From Octopus sinensis (lineage: Eukaryota): a stretch of DNA of 64,000 nucleotides. The position numbers and the translations under genes are program-made. The stretch spans positions 76,260,001 to 76,324,000 of the forward strand of contig NC_043007.1 in NCBI RefSeq assembly GCF_006345805.1. The letters run 5' to 3'. Below are positions 1 through 11,599 of this stretch, in pieces. Position 1 is the first letter of the stretch. Every line of letters starts with the position of its first letter. The notes under the pieces were generated by a model. That model was not told the DNA's origin. It saw only the letters and a list, made by a program, of their open reading frames with translations, and did not search any database.

Positions 1-1249
1 ATGTTTCTAAATTTTATTTAATAAGGAAACAGTCATCAAACAAGCATTTGCGTGCCTCTTGCATATTTTCAAACTTCAGTACAACTGCTTTCTTGTAGTT
101 CTTTGTGTAGTATTTATTCCAAGTGTTCATTGGTGGCTTTGCATGCATTGCAGCAAATTTGATTGGCATGTCTGCATCTCACATTTGAAGATAGTTTTTC
201 GCATCAGTTTCAAAATAATGCTAAGAGCATCTGATATTACAATCCATTGTAAATCTTCTGGGAATTACCAAATAAATAAGTGTGAAAGATTGAAGAGCTG
301 ATTTTTTAAACACAGATGTAGTTCAAGGTGACGAAAAGCAGGCGTGGGCTCCGCAGAATATATAAGGTGGATGGAAAATGGTTTCAGGCAAATGGCGAGA
401 ACATTGCTTGGGTTTCGAAATAGGGAATAATAGATCCAGGATAGTAATACGAGGGTAACGTGACTGATAGTCTTTGTAGTGTGTAAGAATTATATGTGAA
501 AGACGAGACATTGAGATCTGGAAATGTAAGGCTCTTGTGTTGTCAATATAGTTTACAAACGTATTGTGCAGCCGCTAGTCGTATGAGATGTAGCAGTTAT
601 AATGAATGAACAAATGCAATAAATGAAGAATAATAACTATAGGAAAAGGATGGGCATGAAAAGAATATCATTTTATATTGCACTATTTGGTCATTCAGGG
701 TAACTACCACTGTCATTGACATCGGTGGGCGAAGAATTCAATGCAAACACGTTACATGTCGTTTTAAGAATAAGGGAGTTTAGAGATCCAGCTATCGCCA
801 AAGTGGGGACTCCTATTCGTATCGGGTGCAAAAGAAAGGCGGAAGAGACCCCGGACGAAGTTAGTGCACAGGCAGAGTAAAACTTTTGGGTTCGGAGCAG
901 AATGTCAGAAGAAATGTGGATTTTCTACTTACAAATAATTCAGTAGGTAGAATCGGAGTGAAAGGGAAAGGAGCAACTATAAAGGTAGGAGAACATAAAG
1001 TTCAGTGTGTCTGTGTACAGTGGGATTCAGTGGATCTGGAACGCAATTTGTAGAACAAAGTATTTTCGAGATATGAAATATCGATCCGATTTGTAACTGA
1101 ATTCTCATCTGTAGAGGACAGAATCTTTGCTCGAGTTGTTTTCAACAGAATAATAACTCACTTGGGAAACCATGTTTACCCTGAATCTTTAGAGCTGGGA
1201 GAGAAACTATTGACATGATATATATATATATATATATATATATGTTACT

Positions 1250-2100
1250 TGCCGCAAGTTACAGAGGAAGTACGGGAGAAGAGTGAAATATTTATGGTCT
1301 TTGATGACTTATCAAAGGGTTTTGTTTTTGTCTGTTGATTCTTTGTGGTCAAGAGATTGGGATTCTTAACAAAATGCCCAGTGTTATAACTGGGCAATTT
1401 GTTCCATGCAACACATACAAGCTTCTGTTAAGTCAGGTAGCACTTCGTCAGATCCTCTACTGCAAAAGGTTTGACAAAGAATTGGTGCATAATGGCTCTT
1501 GTTTAGTCTTCTGTTTATTTTTCTATGATGCTAGAGTATGCATTCAAGGACAATAATATTGGTGTTTTATTTGAATTTAGAACATCAGATGGGTGGGCTC
1601 TTCAGTCACCGAAGATTTGAGGTAGATACCTTTACTAGGACGAAAATGCATTTAGGCTTCTTGTTTGCTAATAGTAGCTGCTTTTTTCCTGGGAGCTCAA
1701 GAAATCGTAAGCTAGTTTTTCCTCTGCGGCAAAAGCGTTTGGCCTAACAATAAGTGTGTAAAACATAGAACCCATATACCAACCAAGACCAATATTTATC
1801 CAAAGAAGAGACATAACACTACCAGTCTTCAATACAGTTCACCAGCACGTAATGGTCTTGCAGACAAGCCTGTAAAATATGTGAAATATTTCCCATACTT
1901 AGGAAGTAAAATCAGTTCTTCTTTAGATGGTGAACACAGATTGAGCACTTTGGTGAAAGGCCCGATCAAAAGAATGCAGTTTCTTTTCAACGTTTCGTGT
2001 TTGAAGGATGCGATCTGGGTTGCAAAAGCAAAACTACTCTCCGTCTTAAAGAAGACACAAACCGTGAAATATAGAGTAAGACAGAATGCAAAATTCTTAC
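1250..2100 (+). mobile_element. Highly degraded RTE-like LINE fragments
   Basis: Broken frames give KLQRKY..DLSKGF (cf. RTE RQLQEK..DL.KAFD) near 1255-1325 and VKYFPYLGSKISS (cf. V..F.YLGS.IS) at 1881-1925. Confidence 0.35.
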
Positions 2101-2120
2101 GAGAGTCCATCATATAATGC

Positions 2121-2182
<62 letters not shown>

Positions 2183-3459
2183 ACACCGATATATATGTAT
2201 GTAGTTATGTAATGTATATGCAGAACATTTGGAATATTGTACACCACTGACAAACATATTTTGTATACGTGTATCGTACTATAATTCGGGTACATGTGCT
2301 TAAAATATCAAATATTAAAACAAACGAGATCACGTTTCAAATAAGTACTCAATGCATCATATGATGCAGAGTAACAAATTTATTCAGAGGCTTCAGTATC
2401 TCTACTTTTAGGGAATCATTTCTATTCTATGAAACGTGTGTTCCAAAATACATATTAGTTATTTTTCCTGACCTTGTTGGATGACGAGCAGTTTTGAACA
2501 AAAAAAACATTACTTGATATAAAACGAAAAAAGTATCAACATCTTTCACCATCTCCAGTTTTTCCGCTTTAATATGTATTCACTTTTGAAGTCGTGGTAA
2601 TGATGCCCATAAGGTTAAACCTAGATTGTACAAGAAAAGCTACAATAAATCCCTCCGGATCACAAATTTAATCAATAAAATAAAACGGCATCGAAAAAAT
2701 TGAAACATATTACTTTTTAATGTAAGAAAAATTATGAAATAATTTATCTAAGATCCATAGCAGATGAGAACTGCCATACCGGGAAGGTTGAGCAAAGCGA
2801 TGTAGAAGAAGCTGAAAAATAAAATCTAGTCTTCAGTTGGACATATTTGATACCATTCTTCAACGATTCATGTAAAAACAAAAATTCGAAATATTTTGTA
2901 ATTATTTACATTTCTGTTATTTTACAGATCTAGGCAACATTGATCGTTAAGTCTGATCAATCAATAAAAGTAATGATCAAGGTGCTGCATTGGATGCTGT
3001 CACTCACAGAATGGCAATCCTTTATATTCTTTATATGTTCCCATTCCTTAAAGAACTTCACATTTCAAAGAGATCTACCTAAGGTAAACTCAAATGGATC
3101 CTACTCTTGAACATAAAATACAATCTTTATTGTCTACTGATTTTGATCAGGATCTATGATGAACTACACTTGCAAATAATCGAAACTCAAATGTAATTCA
3201 ACGGTCTGGATGCAAGCATAGATGCATGTTTATGAAGTTGTTTCCCCCATCGCAGCTTCTGCCGCTCGTTTACACTGACTGCTTACATCGATAGATGCCT
3301 TCAGCCTTAGCCCTCACACTGAAAACTGTCTTGTAAGTAATATATCTATCTATCTTCCCCTCCAACACTACTATCCTCACTGGCACCGACCATCGGACAT
3401 CAGACTTGGGAATGACACCACGGTCACACGTCATATCCATTCAACCACTCATTCCCTAC

Positions 3460-4460
3460 ATCTTTCTGTGTTTAGATTGGCTTTGCACAGAGGTCACTTG
3501 AACTTTCGCCTCCATCGTGAGCGAGAATTTATTTTCTTTCTCCGTTCTTCAGCTCGTCATGGTCTCAATTGTTCTCCCTTCATTTTAACCCACATCCACG
3601 CGAATTTACTCACGCATCATACACATCCCACCAACCACGGCCCCTCCTCGTCTACCCCATACACGCCTTCGCTACAGTTTTTCACTCATTACCACACCAT
3701 AAACATAATTATGCCTATACAGCATATACATGCGCTTGCAAACATGCACACAAACACACACACACACAATACTCTTTCCCACTCCCCAGACACTAGCACT
3801 CACACTTGCATGCACAAACTTGCATTCAACACAAATCACCACTTACACTTCCCTTCCTTCTCCATAGGGACAGTAGCAAGGTCGACCTACCTACATCCTA
3901 CTACAACAAACACATACGTCAGATAGTCTCACACACACGTACCAGCACTCTTACACACATATACATACGCACAAACACAGAATATGCACATTATCTTCAT
4001 ATACATACACTTTATCCAGCAGTCCCAAACACACACATACTTCACTCTCTCATATGCACACACACGCACATAAGAACATACAATATTCAAATGCATATTC
4101 AGTGTATTCCTTTCTTTAAAGTCATCAGTCAATCTTGCCTGTGTAGTGTCTTGTGATGTCGTTGGATAATGTGAGGATGGTTGTGTAGACAACAGCTCTT
4201 ATCAGGCAGATCCTCTCTTTCTCTCCCTAGCACTACCAAATCTCCATCAAATGGCAAATCTACTTAGCTTCCACCAATATCACAGCTGACATACATAACA
4301 ATGTATAGATGCACACAAGAACACAAACACATAGCTGATACGCACCGCACCCACAAGCGCACACCCCCTCGCAAAAGCATACATACACACGATCGATATG
4401 ATGCCATCAGCCCTCACCCACATGCTAAAGCTTATATGTACACATACTCAAACAAATACA
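3460..4460. repeat. CA/CT-rich low-complexity tract (decayed microsatellites)
   Basis: Interrupted (CA)n/(CATA)n; the His/Thr-rich ORFs here are translation artefacts. Confidence 0.6.
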
Positions 4461-4805
4461 TACACACACATCTTCATCGGCCATCAATGTTGCTTAAGTT
4501 CTCCCGAATACTATTCAAACAGCAAGGTGACGCCCGTTTTCTTGTCCCACCACGTGTTCAAAAAATTCTAGATTCGGATCTCTATTCTGATGGATTTGAT
4601 GTTGCTGAAATTACAATGCTATTTCCAACACCATGTGACCTCCATTGAGCAATAGCAGCCTAGATTTCAGTAGCTATCTTGGACTTTCTAACATCTCTCT
4701 ATTCGACCGCCTGAGTACAAGGAGCTAGGTTCTTGTTAGGAGCCCACAAAACTAATTTGCATGGTGCCAAACCAAACTATCTTAAGTAATAATCCTTTCT
4801 ACATT

Positions 4806-4998
4806 AGGCACAAGGCCTTAAATTTGGGGGAGGGGGATTGTCAATTACATCGATCCCAGTACTCAACTGGTACTTATTTAATCAACCCCGAAAGGATGAA
4901 TGGCAAAGTCGACCACGGCGGAATTTGAGCCCAGAACGTTAAGAAATAGCGCTAAACATTTCGCTCGGTGTGCTAACAATTCTGCCAGCTCGCCACCT
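4806..4998 (-). mobile_element. tRNA-derived SINE, family A (ggcgagctggcagaa head)
   Basis: Reverse complement reads ggtggcgagctggcagaattgttagcac...tcaaattccgcc (A/B-box-like head); same family at 5040, 42515 and 47792. Confidence 0.85.
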
Positions 4999-5039
4999 TC
5001 ATTGTTTTAAGAAATAATTAATTCCAATTTTTTCTAAAA

Positions 5040-5196
5040 GGGCAGCTTGGGGAAGGAAGGGATGAGTCGATTACATCGACCCTAGTGTTCGAATGGTACT
5101 AATTTTATCGAAATTTGAACTCAAAACGTAGCGTCGGAAGAAATACTGCTAAGCGTTTCGTCCAGTGCGCTAACGATTCTGCCAGCTCACCGCCAT
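5040..5196 (-). mobile_element. tRNA-derived SINE family A, second copy (plus 3' fragment near 5635-5685)
   Basis: Reverse complement ggcggtgagctggcagaatcgttagcgcac; internally deleted relative to the 47792 copy. Confidence 0.8.
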
Positions 5197-6119
5197 CGCA
5201 TTTTTAAGTAATAGTACTCATAGATGTAATTCCCCTTGAATGTGTTGAGTATTTAGGTCCTCGAAACAAAAATTTGATTAAGAAGTTTTTAAAGGTCAGA
5301 CGAATTTAAAGCTTGAATAAGGTATGACCTCGTAATAACACGAAAAATGTAGATAAATAATTTTTCTTATTTAAATAAAGCGCCAGTGGTTTTGTGGGAA
5401 AGAGGTTAATCGGCACCATTGCTCCCTAACCCTAACCCTAATGCTCCAATGCTCAATTGATAGGGGAATTTTTTGGACTCTGAAGAAATAAAAGGGAAAG
5501 TTCACATCGGCTTGATTTGAACACAGAATGTAAAATTTCCGGATTCTGCAAGTCGCGTTTTCCAGTGCAGTTATGAGATTTTCTGATTCGCCACCCATAA
5601 CGTAAAATTACAATGGTTTCTGATTTATTAGCACGACCAGCAAATTTGAGGGGAGGTAGATCCGATACATCGACCCCATGCAAATTGTTACCTTTACGTG
5701 TACAAAAAGAATTATGGGCCTGGTCCAGTATAATCGTAATAACTTCAAAAAAGTGAGCTAGCAATAAAATAGAATTTCACTGGGTCAGTTGTCGTTCTTC
5801 TACTCGAGGAGTTTACGCACAACATAAACAAAACAACTACCGCTATACACTTCTAACTATATTTTGGCAAAAAAATATCGAGAACTTCGCGAAAGACATT
5901 TTAAACAGCCTAATGAGGACAAGATTTGATTCTAGAATTCATCATTTTTAAGCAATACGATGTTTAGTGACATATAAAATTTTGTTAAAAATTAACTAGT
6001 GATGTGTTGAGAAGGATTTCCTAAGTAAATCACAAGTTTTCAGATATTCTAGTGAAGCATAACAAGAGATATTATAATCATGGATAAAATACACTGTCAA
6101 TTTAATGTCATCATACAAC

Positions 6120-7075
6120 ATGGAATGACAAAACTCTAATTAATTAATAATAATTATAAAATATTGATACGTAATTTTGTTCAGTTATTTAAACTCAGTA
6201 TTTCACGATATCTGTAAATACAGTTAAAATGTATAATGTAAATATCTGCAGTAATTATATATTTATATAGCAACATTTCGTAGGCAATAATTTTGATGAA
6301 GATATGATTATAAAAATGAGAGAACATGTAATTTACCGAAAAATTTAATTATTGCAGCAATTAATGGCAAAAGAGAAAAACTGAAATAAACAGGCACTTG
6401 TAATTCTTGCTAAAGCACTAATACCACACACATTTGGGAAAAGAAACCAGTTAGTGGAAAAGATCATAAGTTTTCTTAGCTTTTATGCACTATATTTGTT
6501 TCACCATAATTATCACACGAAATGTTTAGTAATAGCATCTTTATGAGAGTAAGAGTACCAATGAAATATCGCAAGATATGAAGTTTATGTGTATATAATT
6601 TATAACAACTCAAAATTGTGATTAATCTTTTAAAAATGATATTGAAAATATATTGGCAAACATTCAAAAGGGACTTACCTCCCTAGCGTCAAGCTAGGAT
6701 TATTTTTTTGACTTATCAGTCTCCAATAATTTCTTAATGTTCTGTTGGGAAAAAAATAGGCTTTTGTTTTCAGTTGTACCATAGCTATGTCTGTATACAA
6801 GTGAAATAATGCGTAAAAATGCAAAAGATTGTGAATTATATTATATAGTTACTCTCTCATAAACAGTTGATTAATACTGGTAACACGCTGCTACTGATGT
6901 AGAATTGGTTAAAAGTGGATAATATTCTCTAAGCATTACATTCGGGTTCGTTCACTATAAGGGAAAATAATAATTCAAACCGACAAATACCGATATTTAT
7001 ATAATGAAGGCATGCGCTTGAATTTCTAGAAATGTACTGCTACGGATACATATACATGCACATACACACATACAC
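6120..7075. repeat. Paralogous segment, copy 1 of 3 (others 15235-16420 and 48180-49085)
   Basis: Collinear blocks shared by eye, e.g. atagcaacatttYgtaggcaata, ctctaagcattacattcgRgttcgttcactataagggaaaataataattcaaac. Confidence 0.9.
6679..6790 (-). CDS. Candidate 112-nt exon, unidentified product: (x)IAMVQLKTKAYFFPNRTLRNYWRLISQKNNPSLTLG(R/S)
   Basis: Acceptor cacttgtatacag and donor ag|gtaagt; open frame; splice sites kept in the paralogs; paralog differences include synonymous changes and a 3-nt length difference. Confidence 0.4.
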
Positions 7076-7694
7076 ACAACTATATACTCATGAATACATA
7101 CATGCATACACATAAAATATGTCCATCATTCAACCATTACTGTGGTTGAATAATATTCTTAAGGTCGACATTTACTCAGTCGCAGCCTTTTCAAAGCTTT
7201 GTCACTAACACATTTCTCAAACGAATTTAAGACTGTTAACATTTGGGCATAAAAAAATTGAAATTTGGTTTAGTGGAAAGAAGGTTACGCTAAGATATGT
7301 GAGGTTCAAATGAGGAGAGTAAGACTAAAATTCGATTTTTGAATCAAAGTAACTATCTTATTTTAAGAGCAAACTATATTTTATTTAAGCTTAAATGATA
7401 GAACGAAACGAGTGGAATCTAAAAATGTCAATTTTATCAAAAGAACCGTTAATATAAAGAGGTTGTGAAGCGAAAAGTGCCGAAAAAAATCTAAGTAACG
7501 CCTTCAATCGACTTTCTTAATTTAAAAGCAATCTATATTTTATTTAAGCTCGAATGATAAATCGAAACAAGAGAAATATAGAAATATTAAATTTATAAAA
7601 TAAAATTTTGCAGAAAAAAGGTATGAGATAAAAAGTGACAAAATAAAGTAAGTGGCGCTAGGTCTTGCGCCTATATAGAAGAAAGTATTATATA

Positions 7695-7865
7695 GGCGCA
7701 GGAGTGGCTGTGTGGTAAGTAGCTTGCTAACCAACCACATGGTTCCAGGTTCAGTCCCACTGCGTGGCATCTTGAGTAAGTATCTTCTGCTGTAGCCCCG
7801 GGCCGACCAATGCCTTGTGAGTGAATTTGGTAGACGGAAACTGAAAGAAGCCTGTCGTATATATG

Positions 7866-7899
<34 letters not shown>

Positions 7900-8108
7900 C
7901 GTCTGTGTTTGTCGCCCTAGCATTGCTTGACAACCGATGCTGGTGTGTTTACGTCCCCCTCACTTAGCGGTTCGGCAAAAGAGACCGATAGAATAAGTAC
8001 TGGGCTTACACAGAATAAGTCCTGGGGTCGATTTGCTCGACTAAAGGCGGTGCTCCAGCATGGCCGCAGTCAAATGACTGAAACAAGTAAAAGAGTAAAA
8101 GAGTAAGA
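7695..8108 (+). mobile_element. tRNA-derived SINE family B (resembles octopus OR/CORE-type SINEs) with internal (TA)(TG) microsatellite
   Basis: Head ggcgcaggagtggctgtgtggtaag...ggttcagtccc, central gtatcttctgctgtagcc, tail actgaaacaagtaaaagag(taaaagag); second copy at 15282-15684. Confidence 0.9.
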
Positions 8109-8122
8109 GTATATAAACTATA

Positions 8123-8248
8123 TACATGGTCTGATCAATAAGTATCCGGACTGTTTCCATAGTAATGAAGCTAAAGTAGGCAGAATGAAGCCGCTTGGCA
8201 CAGATTGAGCATGATTTCTGATGTGCATGCGCACTAAGTTTTAACGTT
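8123..8248 (+). mobile_element. Mariner-like terminal fragment, followed by a SINE-A 3' fragment (~8250-8322)
   Basis: ta-catggtctgatcaataagtatccggact resembles a mariner TIR after a TA; no matching second end found. Confidence 0.55.
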
Positions 8249-8683
8249 GCGTACGGGGGTCGATCTTATCGACTGGCCCCTACCCAAAAATTTTGGGCCT
8301 TGTGCCTAGAGTAGAAAAGAATATGTTGGCAATCTAGTACTGCTTGAAGTGCAACATCAAGTTGTAAATACGCACCATCTTACTAGCATACATATATTTT
8401 TATTAATTTATTCTAATAATTTTTCTCTACATTCGCACATTTTCTAATCTTAGTTACAATTTTTAATTTTATCATGAGCCAGTGTAACTAACGTGCGCTT
8501 ATAATTCATTTTTTAAATTTAAATTAATGCTTATTCTTATTTTAATTCAATCACTAAACATGAAAAGTAATTGAAAATTATTTAACAACAGTATTAAACA
8601 AAATAAAAAAAATTATCAGGTAAAATTATAAATTATTAATTGTTATTAATTATTTGTTTAATTGCATTGCCTGGGAAAAAGTG

Positions 8684-9627
8684 GATTACAATGAAAAATG
8701 TGGACGTATGGAGGTTATTGAACCCGGAAAAGTACAGGACAAGTTATTACATCTGGAAAAGCACAGGACAAACATATTTATGCTTAAAATATTACAGCTA
8801 TAGATAAAATTCAAAGATATATCTAGATTTAAAAACTAAAATAGTAGCTTTTATTAGCTACTCTATAATTAAGAAATTAACTCAAAATATAAATTTAAGG
8901 CTAATTGTTAGCAAAAGTAAAAAATATTTCAATAGCCCTATTAAAAATGTTTTTTCAATTACAAGTTTTTGAATACTCCCATATCTGTATGGAGTGCATA
9001 TATTGAGGGATTTATCTCGCTTGACATTTATATATCGTACGGGCTATGTAGCCCCTCGTCAAGAAGAATTTTTTTATATGGTATACTACCCTACCAAGCA
9101 AAAAATTTAATCAAAAAGAAAACCCCACCTTTCCGGAAAATATCACTGTACCGTCCCCTGAGCCTCAACCCTACCATAAACGTATCATTTGAACTTTACT
9201 TTTTGAAATTTCCAGAAGACCAGCCTTGTGGTGTCTTTATCAATGAATTATAGTGTGCCAACTTTTATCAAAAAGATGAGGAAAAAAGAAATATCAATTG
9301 AATACTAAAGAACTTTTAGTAGTTCTTAAAAACTTGTAATTAAAAAAAACATTTTTCATGGGGCTATTGAAATTTGTTTATGTTTTGCTAACAGTTATCC
9401 TTAAATTTATTATTTGAGCTAAAATTTTTAATTAGCAGCTAATGAGTTATTATTGTTAGTTTTTAAATCTAAATATATTTTTTTAATTTCAACTATAGCT
9501 GCAATATTTTAAATATAAATATGCTTGTCATGTACTTTTCCAGGTGTAATAACTTGTCCTGTATTTTTCCAGGTTTAATAACTTAAGAATATCAACCTCC
9601 ATGCGTTCGCATTTTTTATTGTAATAC
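8684..9627. mobile_element. Fold-back / MITE-like element with ~290-bp imperfect inverted arms
   Basis: 8684-8975 is the approximate reverse complement of 9320-9627 (e.g. ggaaaagtacaggacaagttattacatctggaaaag vs cttttccaggtgtaataacttgtcctgtatttttcc); ~340-bp non-coding spacer. Confidence 0.8.
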
Positions 9628-9784
9628 ATATATTATAGAATGAAATCCGTCAAAAGAATTTTGACTGACAAATAAAAGAATCTACAGCCATGTGAATGTC
9701 ATAACCACATAATATTCTCAAGAAAACTGGCGGATTATCACTGCCAAGATTTCCATAATATCAAACAGAGCAGAGATGATCTAA

Positions 9785-9833
<49 letters not shown>

Positions 9834-10540
9834 AGACAGACAGACAGACACACACATACACACAGAAGGAGAGAGAGTGTGAAAAGAGAGTGAAAGAGAA
9901 AGAGAGAGAAATGTGGTATGACCTTTGTCTGAGCATAAAATTGAGTATTATGACTCAACATATGTATAGTTTGAACAAAGGAACTGACTGTTAAGGCTCT
10001 GTGTGCCCGCGGCTAAGTATCTTTTATATAATTACAAGTCACTTTCAATTTCGTCTTGGTCCACAAAAGGCGCTGATTTCGAAATGGTTATTGAACAGGT
10101 TTTATTGATATATGTTCTAATATATGTATGGGTACGTGTCTCTGGGAGAGCTACATGGGTAGGTTTGAGGTCATTATAACCACAGGGCGGCTGGTGAGGC
10201 TGACGAGTGCGATGCACAGGGTTTTCTTTTTCTCTTTAGAAGATTGAGAGAGCGTGTATGAGTTGAAGTAGGACTGGCAGGTTCAGAATCAGTACTAAGA
10301 AAGAGAAGTGCAAGGGAAGCAGAAGTGTTTTCTTAGCAGCCACGATGTCATATGTCGATGACATATGTCAGTAAGTTTAAGCTTCCATTTTGGAGTTGTA
10401 CTGGTGACGTCATCACTTAGTGTCACTCTCTACCCGATAAATCACGCACCTTTTTCCATCAGTTTGACATTTCTAATTACTACGCTTCCATATCACCTAC
10501 CCTGTTAAATAAAGTTTATATATATATGTATGTATGTATG

Positions 10541-10573
<33 letters not shown>

Positions 10574-11599
10574 TGTATGTATGTATGTATATGTATATAT
10601 ATATATATATAATTTTAATTATACGTTTATATATATCTTATTTTATTTATATTTTTAAAATTTCATATTTTATATTTTTTATGCGTGTGTGTGAGTTGCT
10701 ACGTGTCGGACGCGGGAATGATATTTAATCACTCCGTTGAGCGTTTGAGTGTCGGTTTGGTGTCTAGCATGCTGTAGCCTACCTTATGGGCCAGTACAAG
10801 CTCTTTAGCCTTGGTTCGTAATCTGCCTAGAAGGAAATCTCCAAAATAAAACCTGAGGCTGTGGAAGTTCCCAGTTTTATCAATTCTCATGTCACACCAG
10901 TGAAAGTCTTCTTGAGTTAGTAGATGGCGGGGTAGTGCAGTTCAAGCTACACCCACTGAAAAATTATTCTGCTGCATAGGTATTTCTTGTACACCAAATC
11001 TTAGTAAAATCATTGAATTGATTGGCAGAAACAAAACAATGCACTTGCAACTTACTCTGAAACGTCTCAAACAGATTCAGTAAATGGCAAAAGAAAAGTC
11101 TTGGGAATGGCAGGGGAATAGGTCTGGCTCGGCAAGTGTCGCAGTGTGTCACAGGCTGGGCTCGGTCATCATCCTACGACTGTGGCTAAACAATCTTCAA
11201 GAAGACGAGGAAAAAATAAACATCCTCTGAATTTTGGGCATGTGCGCACACTTCTAGACGATAAGTTCAACAAGAAACTCGTCTATCCGGTGAAGGTCAA
11301 ATAAATGAACCTACTTATGGATATAATATCTTCTCAAGAGGCCTATATGAGGCTCAGTACAGAGAATCTGCTACTGAGTTTGCTCTCAAAAATTCGTTGG
11401 TTACTTCCATTGCAGAATTTCCTAAATACAATGATTCCACGATGCTATAGAAAGTATCACTCTTGATCCAAACATTCTATGGGAATATTTCAAAACAAAA
11501 GAATTTCAGGCTGCAAGTTCTTCGTGGAGGTTTAAATCGTATAAGTCCAGCAATTGGCTTTCAGACTAATCACCAGAATTCCATGGTCTGCTTTTAGGA

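Noticed and set aside
2540-3100. Splice-site-like motifs on both strands
   Set aside because: No consistent open frame or paralog support; expected by chance in AT-rich DNA.
4470-4740. Possible exon or transposase fragment
   Set aside because: All three minus frames contain stops and no motif could be recognised in the plus-strand ORF.
5423-5440. (CCCTAA)3 telomere-like repeat
   Set aside because: Only three units, internal; likely part of a small repeat element.
6679-6790. Trypsin-family reading of the exon (G|AC-ATA-GCT-ATG = DIAM, like the catalytic Asp DIAL motif)
   Set aside because: No TAAHC or GDSGGP exons were found on the minus strand and the rest of the peptide does not fit, so no family is assigned.
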